Positions 12,106 through 23,736 of a stretch of 64,000 nucleotides of DNA are shown here, piece by piece. Below the pieces are notes generated by a model that saw only the letters and a list, made by a program, of their open reading frames with translations, had not been told where the DNA came from and did not search any database. The stretch's first letter is position 1. The number at the start of each line of letters is the position of its first letter. Position numbers and translations under genes: made by a program. This DNA is from Tricharina praecox (lineage: Eukaryota). The stretch lies in assembly GCF_024521635.1 (NCBI RefSeq), contig NW_026250408.1, positions 1,054,001 through 1,118,000 on the forward strand. The letters are read 5' to 3'.

Positions 12106-14506
12106 TTAGTCCTTCTTCAGTTGGTAACTGTTTCTGCACCGAACATCCCCACTTTGGAGATCCTCCACCTCCGCAGCGGTACCCTCCACCTCCGCAGCGC
12201 TATCCTCCACCTCCGCAGCGCCATTCTCCACATTCGAACATTGATTCTCGGCTTCCTTGAGCGCTATCTTCTCGGCGTAATTCTTCTCGGCATCCCAGGC
12301 CCAGGGACTTTTGAGGTTGAACAGGTACTCGATATCCTCGAGCGTGCACTGGTTCGTCTCCGGACAGAGAGCCCACACAATCGGCATGGTGGACAGACTG
12401 CAGCATGCAAAGACGACGAGAGTCCACGGACCGATTCTCTGGAACATTATCGGGCAGAGGAGGGTCAGCCAGCCGCTGCCGAGTGACCAGCCTATCACAC
12501 CGAAGGAGGCACCCTTCACGCGGATTGTGGTGGGGAAGATCTCGGTCTGGTAGATCCAGGGGACGCAGAGCTGTATTTCCCCGTTAGCTGGATGGTATTC
12601 CAGTGTATTTCCAGGAGGAGGGGGACTTACCCAGGTCGCACCGAATGAGAATGTGAAGAGGAAGATGCTGACGGTGGCGCCAATTCCCCATCTCGCTCCG
12701 CCACCGTCGTCCCTCATTTTCGAGCAGCCTCCTGCGGCAGCCATGAAGATTGCCTGCAGGACTGCTCCGACATGGAGGAACTTCCGGCGGCCGTATTGGT
12801 CGAGATAGAGCACGGGTATGAGGGTGCTAAGGCAATAGGTGATCTGGAAGTTGTTAATTGTTATTAGAGAGGTAGAAAGTGAGTATATAGACGGTTTACA
12901 TTGTTGATTCCAGAGATGAAGGTGGCGGTTTGAGCGGCGAATCCTGCGTTCCTGAACATCACGGGCGCATACACCGTGACACAAGCCACGCCAACCCACT
13001 CCTGAATGATCTGCAACCAGATGATGAGGTACACGCGCCTGGTGATATGCATGGACCCACCACCGGTTCCGGTGATCATCGTCCAGTAGTTCGTAGTAAC
13101 ACCAGGTCTGTGGCCCCAACGTTTTTCGTTGGCGACTGATTTGTTGATGGCAAGATACTCCGTCTCCACGTCATGGTAGTTGCGGCCGCGGATGCGGGAG
13201 AGGATAAACCGGGCTCGCTCGAATTTACCGTCCTTGATGAGCCAGCGAGGGGATTCGGGGAAGAAGAAGATCACAATGAGGAGAATGATCAGTGGGATGA
13301 TCTGGAAGGCGATCGGGAAGCGCCAGCGCCATTGGGAGTTGCCACCATCAATGAAGGAGAGCCCGTACTGCGCTGATGTTAGGTACGGGGTTGATGGTTT
13401 GTGGGAGGTGGTAGACTTACGGCGAGCCAGTATGCAATCACGACACCAAAAATGTTGGAGGTAAACTCAGTAGAGATCATCTGGCCACGGGACGAATGCT
13501 CACAAACTTCGGTAGTCTACACTCAGGTAAGCTTCGACGGCTCGCGTCCCCTCCCCCCGTGTACCGTACGTACATACCCAGACAGGAATAACCGCGCTCA
13601 GAACTCCAGTGCCAACACCATTGATGATGCGAGCGATGCACATCCAAGAGACGTTCTGGGCAGTGCATTGTAGGGCTGCACCCACAATTCCGATGACGGC
13701 TCCAAGGGCGACACCCTTTATGCGGCCATAATCGTCACCGACGATGCCTCCGAGAAAGCATCCAATCAAGGTGCCTGTTGCACTGGTCAGCACAGCGACA
13801 AGATGGGCAGGAAACGCGGTCTGCTTACTTACCAAAGTAGTAGATGGCAATTATACCACCTATGAAGGGCGCACGCACGTTAGTGTCGTTGAATATAGCG
13901 GGTCACCATGTGGGGGGGGGGGGGGGGGGGGACACACCTTCGAGGAGGCCGTTGGTACTCCGGGGCTCATCATTCTCATCGACATAACCAAAACCCATCA
14001 GCTTCACGTAATCTGCACTTCGAATTGAGCGTTGACTTCGCAAACCAAACCCGTGGTGAGGGCAAGAGGGACGTACGGTTTGAAGCATTGACACCTGCGA
14101 TCATTCCCTGGTCGTAGCCGAAGAAACAGAAGCTCCCGCAAGCGACGATTGTAATCCTGCGCACAATCTCAGCCCACCGCATACTTCTTCCAACATCTCC
14201 GTGGTGAGGTGCTTACCAAAACCGCAACCACCTACCCTGACAGTGGTGAACAACATTGAGTCGGTGGATACCTTGTTGTCCGTCAATAGGATCATCATAA
14301 TCGAACTCTTCTAGCCCTGACTTCGCCGTATCTGGTGAGGCTGGTAAGGTAGAGACTGGCGAATCAATGGTTGCTAGTGTAAGGACTGGTGGTGTAGAGA
14401 TTGGTGGTGTAGGAACTGGTGTAGAGGCCTCGATGGCGACGGGGTCTGAACTGTTATGAGAGGACTCGGAGTCGTTACGATTCCGCAGATCCGGCGTGGG
14501 CGACAT
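12106..14506 (-). CDS. MFS sugar porter (STL1-like sugar/polyol:H+ symporter clade); 9 exons (14506-14217, 14156-14077, 14012-13938, 13859-13833, 13774-13578, 13516-13421, 13367-12900, 12843-12631, 12570-12106)
   Basis: Motifs FFGYDQG, DDYGR, ARIINGVGTG, WRFP, PESPRWL, DQYGRR, PWIYQTEIFP...R.KG, CPETN; all eight GT-AG introns keep the frame; start context CACC-ATG-TC at 14506. Confidence 0.92.
12161..12223. repeat. 21-bp coding tandem repeat x3 in the transporter C-terminal tail (AAEVED/AAEVEG)
   Basis: cctccacctccgcagcg repeated three times at a 21-nt period. Confidence 0.9.
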
Positions 14507-15301
14507 GGTGAATACCAAATCTATGGTGGAAGATTGTGGACTATAAAGGAGGGAAAAGTGGAGGGCACCATCTTTACCTTGTATCCCCTCGAAATCTACT
14601 GCTGGAAGTTCACGATGAGAGTTTCACTATGTGGATTGAGTATCAAGATTCATAATCTTACTGGCTTCGGGCAGCTACTGCCGGCGTCACCGAAGGCACA
14701 GCATTGCCCTGCTTCAGTGAGGTACTACTTCTATGTACACTGAATATCTTCGACCTCCGCATTGCCATCTTCCGCTTTGTATGTACCGCTTCACGAGTAA
14801 TATATCCCCTCGACCTCACAAAGCGATATCGGCCATTCGACATGGTCCGGAAACCAAACACCCTTCCCCTAATGACTACACCCGCTACCCTATTTGGGAT
14901 AATCATTTTCGCTTCACTGTTGTCTAGAAATATGGACGAACTATCCCACAGAGCAATTAATGATGAGTACATATACCTAAATCTTTAATCTAGTTTTGGA
15001 AAGGTTCTAGAGAAACTCATCTTAGTGTCCGTAGAACGGGGTAAGAGTTGGGCTGACGTGTCGACGAGTAATCGATTATTCTGCTTTTTGTGCAGCAGTT
15101 TATTCCCCAGCGCGGACACGTGGGAAACTATAATGATGGGGGAGCATCATGGACCATGAATCAGAAATATTCCGTCCTCGAGGACCTCAACCAGACATTC
15201 GCACCGCACATCACTCAAAATCTTCGGCAGTCTCGCTCAAAATACAGCCATTACTCTATTAAAAATTTACACGCATATAATACCCGAAGGATGAAACCAC
15301 C

Positions 15302-16837
15302 TTAAGCCGACATTCCATTGAAAAAGCCCATTCCGCCACTCGCCAAACTCGCTGGGTGTTGCTTTTCCGCCGGCGCAGGCGCGGGCGTGGGCGTGGGCTT
15401 CTTTCCCGCCAGCTCGATGGGCCTTCCGTTGAACAGCGCATAGCTGTCGCCGACCTTGACATTGATCGACTCTTGCTCCGTGGTGTGCGGACTCAACTCC
15501 TCGATGTGGTGTTCCTGCCTCTCCTGGTTCGTCTCGCCGTTGTCGTTGCTCGTAGCCGAGAGCCGCGAATCCTTGTGGCACCCGGTGATAGGGTTGGGCT
15601 TGAACGGGTTGAGGCCGGTGTACTTTCTGCCGGGATCGCGCTTCGCGAGGCGCGAGTAGTCGTTGTCCCGGCTGCCGCGGAATGCCGGACGCGGCTTCTT
15701 GATCTTGGCTCCGTTGAATGGACTTCCGTTCACTTCCACCGGCTTGCCGTTGTAGATGACGAAGCTCTTGCCCTGGGGGAGCTCATCGAATGGAAGGCCC
15801 CTGGCTTCGTCCATCGTCTGCGAAGGGTGCGGAAGGATCGCTTCTTTCTCCTTCTGGGCGGGGACAGCGGCAGGCTCCTCCTCCTCCACCACCTCCACCT
15901 CCTCCTCTTGATACTCCTCCTCATCCTCGGCAGGGGGCGCCTGGGTCGTCTTGCGCCGGCCGCTAACGCTCGGCATGTCGAACATCCCAAACCCAAACTT
16001 GTTGCGGATATCGCCACGCTTTTGGAGAGAAGAAGTGGCGGGGCCGGTGAACTTGGCCACTTCCAGAGCCTTGTTGGTCACATCGCCATCGACGGCGACG
16101 GGCACGCCATTGCAGATCATGTAGCTGTTGCTATTCCATGGCTGGATCTTAGGTTTCTTAGGAACCTCGGGGGTAGCGGCGGCGGGAGCGGCACTTTCGG
16201 CAGCGGCGGCAGCGTCGGCGAGCTCGTCGACAGTCTCGGACTGCTCGTCAAAAGTACCCTTGGGGGCCGCGAGTCCGGTTCCGATAAGCTGAGAGTTCAT
16301 CGCCTCGCGGATAACGTTCTCGTCGGCATTCGGGTCATCGAGGAACTGCAGCCCGAGCTTCTTCTTCAGTAGACCGCGCTTCGTGAGCGTCCCAGGCTCC
16401 TCATCCTCATCCTCGGCGGGAGGAACGATGGGCCGTCCGGTCATGGGGTCTACTGGGATGCCGTTAAACAGTGCGACGGAGTTGCTGGCGGCCATGCGGG
16501 TTACGTCGGAGCGCGCGGCGCTCTCCTTTGCCTGCTTCTGGCCGGCTTGGCCGTACGAGGGCTCCTCCTGAGGGGCGGGAGGTTGGGCGACGACGGGAGG
16601 GGCGGGAGGAGTAGAAACAGGAGGAGGAGGGGGAGGGGGAGCCCGGTATACTGGCGGCGGAGGCGGGGGAGGGGGGTTCCATTTGTCGCCCAGCTTACCG
16701 GGTTTGAAGGGCTTGCAAGATTCACCCCAGCTGCCAAAGATGGGCTTGATGGCAGTGGGATCCGCCGAGGCGGAGGGAATGGGAGCGGCGAGTGCCGTAA
16801 ACGGGAGGGCCAGGAGGATGAGTTTGAGAGGCAGCAT
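15302..16837 (-). CDS. Secreted Pro/Glu-rich modular protein (511 aa, intronless) with three L-x-KR Kex2-type sites; unknown function
   Basis: Signal-peptide-like MLPLKLILLALPFTALAAP from ATG 16837 (context CACA-ATG); long uninterrupted ORF; LTKR, LQKR and LAKR separate four modules sharing an NG-x-P-[VI] motif. Confidence 0.85.
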   Translation of the reverse strand: MLPLKLILLALPFTALAAPIPSASADPTAIKPIFGSWGESCKPFKPGKLGDKWNPPPPPPPPVYRAPPPPPPPVSTPPAPPVVAQPPAPQEEPSYGQAGQKQAKESAARSDVTRMAASNSVALFNGIPVDPMTGRPIVPPAEDEDEEPGTLTKRGLLKKKLGLQFLDDPNADENVIREAMNSQLIGTGLAAPKGTFDEQSETVDELADAAAAAESAAPAAATPEVPKKPKIQPWNSNSYMICNGVPVAVDGDVTNKALEVAKFTGPATSSLQKRGDIRNKFGFGMFDMPSVSGRRKTTQAPPAEDEEEYQEEEVEVVEEEEPAAVPAQKEKEAILPHPSQTMDEARGLPFDELPQGKSFVIYNGKPVEVNGSPFNGAKIKKPRPAFRGSRDNDYSRLAKRDPGRKYTGLNPFKPNPITGCHKDSRLSATSNDNGETNQERQEHHIEELSPHTTEQESINVKVGDSYALFNGRPIELAGKKPTPTPAPAPAEKQHPASLASGGMGFFNGMSA

Positions 16838-17372
16838 TGTGATTAAACTTGGCTGTGGATGAGAAGCCTGCAGGATCACCAGGCAGATATGGGCGGTTTA
16901 TGTCTGGTTTGCTGATACGGTACATCTACGGATTACCTTCACGGTGAAGCTGTGGATTGCGCATGCCTCCTGAAAAAGGGTCAGAACTCGCGAACAGGTA
17001 CGCACAACATCGGAAGCCACAGGAGTGTTATACATCCCTTAGCCCACATCACGATCTCTCCGAAGGGATCCGTATCTTACACCTCATGAAGCATTTTTTG
17101 CCGATGAGATCGAGTGTTACGCATGCGGAAATGAAGATATCTTCAGCCAGCAGTAAATCCCCGGTGGTATGCACTACTCCGAGATAAACTTTCACATCTC
17201 GGGGGGAAAAAACGTTTGGAGCCATAACGCCCAGAAGGGCTAGAAGATAGGTCATGTATTCAGTCTACGGCGTTGCGCAATACCGACAGTCCAACGTCGT
17301 GGAAGGCGACACGTATATCCAGACCGTTATACTCTGGAGCATTCTGGTCGTATCGGCACGCATAAAGATAAC

Positions 17373-18921
17373 TTAAAGTAGTGGTCTAGTCTCGACAACG
17401 GAACCTACCCGTCTCCTCTCCCCCTTGACTCTAACTCTCTCGATCCACCACCATCCGGCCAGATAGACAACGGCGCCAGCCCACCACGGTGTCCCTCTCC
17501 ACACGCCCCCTTGTAGCAGTCCCCATGACCAGAGACCTTGCAACATAGGCGCACTCGTCATCTCGCCGAAGCTTTCGACCACAGTTACGAGTGTGTACGC
17601 CCGGCCGATTTTTGCCGGATCTACCAGCGCAGTCAGAAGACTCAGCAGGCCCAATCGGATTCCAAAGCCTGCGGAGAATGTAATTGTCGAAACCACCAGC
17701 AGCGGGAATGTCCCGGCGAACCCAATCATGAGACTGCCGAGTGCCAGTAGCAACGACGAGTAGGATGCGGTGAGTGTGTCGATGCGACTTGGGCTAAGAG
17801 TGCGCCGCAGACGGCGGGTTATATATGGCAGCACGGATATAAAGATAGCAAGGTTAGTAAATGCAACGACCGAGAGAAGAAGACCAGCCTGTGGGTTGTC
17901 AGTGTTACGAGTACGAATGTACGGAGAGGGGACGGACGAACATTGGCGATTGGTAGCTCGAAACGCTTGGACGTATAAGGGATCAGAATTTGGAACACCA
18001 GCTCCTGTCTGACAGGACAGATGAAATGCCCAAGTAATACCAGCGCCGTCGATGCGTCAATATCCGCCACCACCTTCCATAAATCCTGCAGTAAGACGCG
18101 TAATGTCCATGGTTTCTTAGATCCTGCTGTTGTGGCCACACCATTATCCTCCCCAGTAGTCGTCTCCAACAACCCGGCGGTCGCCTCATCCCCTGACGTC
18201 CTCAGTTGTCCCTGAGCCCTTCTTCCTTTGATCATGCCCAGCACTGGGAAGCAACATCCCAACGACAGCAGTGCAATCACGAACGGCAGCATGATGCTCT
18301 TCTGCATCAACACGGAAGCCAACGGCAACGCCACCAGTTCCGTCACCAAAAATGCCGAGTAGGTATAGTAAAACCGCTCGCTCCTGCGCAAGCTGATCAG
18401 CATTATGCAGGCACCCGCTACCGACGATAACTGTCCAACGGTTGCCATATGTACCTCTCGGCGCCCGGCGAAACATCATTAACCAGCGCGAGTATCAAGA
18501 TGCCCGCCGTCCTCGGCCCGCCCCCCAGCACGAACGCCAATGCGCTCGCCCACACCCACTCGATCGCGATGTTGCTTCCAGGGTTACACACAAGCGCGAA
18601 CCACGCGATATGAATCGCGCACCCCACGAAATTCACAGCGAGGACCTTCTTCCTCCCGACCCTGTCTGCGAGCGCGCCCCACGGGATCGCAAGCGCCATC
18701 ACTGGTGTAGCCTCGAAGAACACCTGCCAGCCGCGGATGTACGCCAGCCGTCGCTGGACGTCGGGGATCTTGCATTCCGCCTCGGGTACGCTGGGGAGAC
18801 CGTAGTGCGTGCGGCAGATGGATGACTCGAGGAGTCGGATGCGCGGCGAGACGAGGAGGAGCTCGGAAAGCTCAGATAGTAGTAGAAGTAGCGCGGGGAG
18901 ATACGGGATCGGGAGCGGCAT
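17373..18921 (-). CDS. MFS efflux-type transporter (ustT/atnC-like family); exons 18921-18455, 18383-17942, 17888-17373
   Basis: PRIRLLESSICRTHY...ECKIPDVQRRLAYIRGWQ...ALAIPWGALADRVGRKKVL (motif A); multiple hydrophobic helices; both introns are GT-AG and keep the frame. Confidence 0.85.
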
Positions 18922-19529
18922 CGCAGAGCTGGAGCTCGAGAAATGGAGTTAGAGTTTAGCTACAGCAACGTCAGGGGCAGCGGGTATGTGCTCTAGTGCT
19001 GACCATCATGGCTTGGCGTAGATCCCTCACGAATGGCTTTTGCCCCGAGAATTACAGCTCGATCTAGGAAATGATAGGGACAAACTGAATGGATCTTCTC
19101 TGACGGATCATGATGTCTTGCTACCCAGTAGGCGCTTTATGCTCACCGAGTCACCGTTCCTCTATCGAGGAACCATTCGAGAATAGCACTCCGCACACTT
19201 TCTCACTCGCCGAATTCACATTCCTATACCACCTCTATTATTTTTCCTTTTAACTGTAGTTCTTGGTCTATTATTGGTTACAGCTCGGTAGGCACTATTC
19301 TGTCTTGCTCGACAGTTGCGATTCTACTTGGGGGTCAAATGACGGTACCTCGAGCTAATGTGATCTGGCGGAAGTTACTGAGGCATGGCCGTAGATGAAG
19401 GAAGGTGAATTCACCTGCATCGCGACCAGTGAGAATGACTACTAGTATAAGTGCATGTCTTTCCCCACGTGCTTGGAAACGCTACGACTCACAACGCCCA
19501 TTCAACCACACGGCCTCACTCGTATTTGG

Positions 19530-20160
19530 CTCTGAATTCACCAACTCCCAATAATCCGAGATTCCCTCCAGCTATCATCGACTGCGGACGTTTCGCGCGG
19601 AGAATCCATCGAATGTATCCCACCCTTTCCTTGGATGACCGAGGCTCCGGTTACTCATCTGATTCTCCACCCCGCACTGCAGCCGCTCTAGGAGGCCGGC
19701 GAGCGCTTTAGGATAGATGATGGATCCTCGCTGGCCGGTCAATGACGCCTTATTTACCTGCAGCTACCATTGAAATCCGCGAGTCATGGAATCTTCCCGA
19801 GCCCTAACGCAAGAGAATCCATCTTCAGCGGACCGGTGAGCGCTTTGTGCTCGCCGCTCGTAATCATGCATGGACCCGTCACTCGGCTGATCGACATTCT
19901 GCACTTTTTCTTCACGCGCCGGCGATCATCCGCAGTGCCCTCCAATGTCTATATGTGGACAGGCGAATCGATTGATAGGCATGTACTGTCAGCTGGGAGA
20001 TGCAAAACCCCGAAACGCCTCGAGAGTGGATTGGCCAGAAGTCGGCACCCTCGACCACTACCATACCTACGTACTCCATACATGGAACCACCCGCAACCC
20101 ATCAACGATCAGCAGCAGCAGCAGCAGCAGCTCGTATCTATGCGCAGCTCGGTACATATG
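19530..20160 (+). repeat. Copy A of a ~630-bp degenerate non-coding direct repeat
   Basis: Collinear blocks shared with 21383-22050, e.g. cgcactgcagccgct, cctcgctggccggtc, gagcgctttgtgctcg, tcatccgcagtg, cgatcagcagcagcagc, atgcgcagct. Confidence 0.85.
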
Positions 20161-21382
20161 AAAGGCTTGCCGCTGGTATCCAGAGCCCTCCTACCCGCGG
20201 GCTTGGGACGCAACGAGATTCTCAGCTCAGACCATCTTCTCCCTGCTCTTTTTTTTCGGCAGGTGCAGCCGCCCCTGCGAGTTGCAACTTACATGCACCA
20301 TCACCAGTATTTAGAGCTCTGAAGAAAACGTGCCAGCCGCGGTTAGACCTCCGAGGTAACATAGTTATTCCACTGCGAATCTACGATTGGAGAGGCCGTG
20401 GTGTATGCCCTGTGTCGTGCGTGGAGGGTTAGGAATGAGAGCGACAGCGACGTCAATAGTGAGGTTACGCAGTGGGTAGGTATGAGGTATGCAACGTTGA
20501 TCGCTACAGTGTGTGGAGAATCAGAGATCGTCCCATACACATGCGCTCCATTCATGATCGCTCCTCCTGTCTCTGATCCTGCCATTCACAACCAGCTGTA
20601 ACCACGCTTGGCAAACATTCAAGTCACGATATCTCGAGCCGATGTCGTGACCGATAGCAGGCCGGAGGGAGGACAAACTGAAACTTGACAACCCCCGGCC
20701 GGCAAAGAGCATGTTTGGCACGATGATCACTTTGAACGGCACAAAACAGTCAAGGATACCGGTGCACCGATATTCCATTCCCTTTCCACCACAACAACCA
20801 ACTAACCTAACCGGTAAATACAGGGCAAGTACGTAACGTACGTACAAGTACATACAAAGCATGAACGAAAGAGCAAAAAATCCGCCATCACATCCCAGGC
20901 AACGCCGAGCTGCGTGGCTCAGACTTTCTGGATGATCTGGTTATCGGATTTCAACACGTTTTCGCCGCCGGGGAAGGCTTGATCTGGTTTTTCCCATTTC
21001 CAGTCAGAAAACATGTACATTAGGTACCTGGTTTTCTCCGGATAGGAACTCACTGGTAGTCGCCGTTGTCGAGGACCCGAAGGATTTTGCCCTGCACGGT
21101 GACTCCGTCTGTCACGACTCACGATCAATACTATTCTCCCCCATAGCACTGGGGGGCGGTGGAGAGCCCACTTTAGTTGTACTTGACGGTATCGCCGACT
21201 TGGTACGCTATTTTTGCTGGTAAGATAGTATGATAGAACGGTTGGTAGGTAGGTAGGTAGGCAGGTATGTATTCGAAGGATTTGGAGGTCGCTGTGATTT
21301 CTGTGAAGTCTGTTGATCTGATCGTAGCTGTTGCTGGTGTATGTTGGTGGGAGGAACAGTCCCCTTTTTATACTGCCGCCAA

Positions 21383-22050
21383 CTCTGTAGCTTCACACGA
21401 CATCCTCCAGGCCAAACCTCGATTTCCTCGAGTTATCGTTGCCTCTAGTCCCGTAGGAGGGAACGCACCGAGTATGTTCCATCCCATCGCATCTTTCAGT
21501 CCGATCGAGGTTGCGGACACTCCTCCAACTCTCCGCCCGCGCACTGCAGCCGCTTCGGGGAGACCGGCGAGCGATTCGCGAGGAACGGACCCTCGCTGGC
21601 CGGTCCGTGAGGCTCTAGTTACTTGCAGCTGCAGCTGCAGTTGGAAGTCACGCGCCGTGTATCGCAGCCTTTCCCGGTTTTGCGCTGGAGGCTGGAGGAT
21701 CCGTCTTCAGAAGGCGGACCGGCGAGCGCTTTGTGCTCGTCGTTCCGTATATAACTATCCTGCACGGACACATCACTCGGCCATGCATATTCTACATCTA
21801 ACTACACTTTTAGTTCGCACCTGGCAATTCATCCGCAGTGTCCTCCCGGTTACGGATGGGGTAAAGAGGGATAATGGTTTGAGGTGCGGAAACTTGATGC
21901 AGTGCATCTCAAGGGTGGACTGGCCATAGTTGAAACAACCTCGGCCCGCTGCATTATGTGCAGATAACCCTCCTGCGACTCATCGACGATCAGCAGCAGC
22001 AGCAACAGCAGAGGTAGCCCATATTTCATGCGCAGCTTCGTATCATCTGC
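21383..22050 (+). repeat. Copy B of the ~630-bp degenerate non-coding direct repeat
   Basis: Same ordered blocks as 19530-20160 with indels and many transitions. Confidence 0.85.
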
Positions 22051-22376
22051 GCACTGCCGGTCACTAGAGTTCGAGTCCGTATGGGAGTCCTCGAGCCAAT
22101 CGATTGAATCTGGCCACTTGAAACGCACATACAGCACGTTTTCGTACGGTCTTTTGTCTTTGTGTTTGGTGGATACGCCTTCACCCTCTTGATGAGTTTA
22201 TATTTCAACTACCGTGGCTCACAACTCCCACAACTCCCACACCCCACACACACCCCACACACCCCACATTCGCCGAGTTCACGTCCCCGTTCATCCAGAA
22301 GCTTGATGGTGACCAAGTATTATCTATCCTTTTAGCCAAAAGGCTTGCCTGTGATCGCCGTGGAGATGGGAACGCT

Positions 22377-23202
22377 CTACTCCTGTACAAAAAACCTCCT
22401 ACTCCTGGTAACCTCCACTCCCGATCCTTTCGCAAACGTCAGGGCACTCGGCTTCTCGACCGCCACCGTGATTCTTTCGACCGCGAACTGCACACACATC
22501 ACCCTCGCGATCTCAGTCGCCAGGGTTTCGATCGTCAAGAACTCGGATTGCTCCACCGTCTGTATACGGGTCAGTGCAAGTCCCAGGTGCCGGGGCCGGG
22601 GGTCGGGGTGGGCTCACATCGACAACCACCTTCATAGCCGCGGGATATGTAGTCCACATCTCCTCGGGGAACTGCCACAGGCGGAGGTTGATGACGACCC
22701 ACTGTTTCTGCAAGCGCTCGTGGGAGTTGACGCCGACGACGCAGGCGACCCTCAGGCGGTCGACGAACAGCACGGCGTTGGCCAGCTCGCTCATCATCTT
22801 CGGGTCGCCGACCAGTCGCATCTCAACGCCCACGCCCTCGGCCAACAGCAGTCCTTCGGGGAGAACACTCCTCGTCTCCACGGCCACATCCTTCCTCCCC
22901 GCAAGGACCAGCGACGCAAGGCTCACATGCTCCGCGAACTCGCGGAGCGATGCGAAGCTGCCACGAGCGGCGATCGCTTTCGTCACCTCCTTGGCGAGGG
23001 TGCCGTAGGAGATGGTGTGCTCGACGTTGTCGCTGTGGCCGGGCCGCGCGAGGTCTTGCGAGGGAAGGAGGAGGCGGAGGGAGAGGATTACGGGTGTGGG
23101 CTTGCCCGCGCGGCTCCACACATCGCCGGGGGCTATGGTGGTTGTCAGCGTGAGGTTCGACAGGTAGATAGTGTCGTTGGTGGGGGGTGTGAGGTGTGGC
23201 AT
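22377..23202 (-). CDS. Stand-alone dihydroneopterin aldolase with two FolB-like domains; intron 22617-22560
   Basis: DTIYLSNL...DNVEHTISYGTLAKEV; second domain LFVDRLRVACVVGVNSHERLQKQWVVINL; spliced tail VEQSEFLTIETLA...TVAVEKPSALTFAKGSGVEVTR ending at TAG 22377-22379. Confidence 0.9.
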
Positions 23203-23736
23203 TTTGTTTTTGTCTTGTCGTGGTGGGGTATGCGGTTGACGCAGCGGGGATTTGGCGGTCCTGACGGAATGTCCCGTTTCGCTAGAGCACGGTATTTCAT
23301 GGACCCATCAGCCCTGCGATGACATCATCGCCAGACTGCAGTCGGTATCGCAAGAGAGGACTGGGCGATGGGTTTAGGAGATGAAGACTCTCAGTCTTGA
23401 AGTTGGGTACGAAAAAGCCAAAAAAAAGACCCATTGCCATTGCTCGCGCCCTCCTCCGTGCAACGAGACCTTGCCTCAAATAATCCACCAGAAAACAAAT
23501 CTCGGAAGAACGAACCCAATGCCACGATCAGCCATCGTATCATGCAATCAATATATGCCAGACTATCCCCCAGAAGATAAAAGAAGCAAGATGGCCTCTC
23601 AGCCCATCCCATCGTACATGCATCAAACTGCAGTCGACAAACCCTTCCCCCCGCCAGAAAACCCTACTCAAACACATCAAGACTCGTAGTTTGGCGATCC
23701 CAAAGCCTCGATCCATCGCTAGACCTCTGTGCGTTC

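Noticed and set aside
14157..14216. Apparent in-frame premature TAA (14213-14215) suggesting a pseudogene or readthrough in the sugar porter
   Set aside because: The TAA lies within a GTAAGC donor; a 60-nt intron to CAG at 14157-14159 restores GRWLRFWITIVACGSFCFFGYDQG
15356..16372. 338-aa + strand ORF (and similarly 22345-23322)
   Set aside because: Antisense to real genes in GC-rich coding DNA
19770..21929. Two 220-aa + strand ORFs within the direct-repeat copies
   Set aside because: Homologous DNA but unrelated translations with frame-breaking indels; not conserved as protein
22377..23202. Aldolase not fused to HPPK-DHPS as in yeast Fol1
   Set aside because: To my knowledge stand-alone aldolase-domain genes are common in filamentous ascomycetes, so this is not novel
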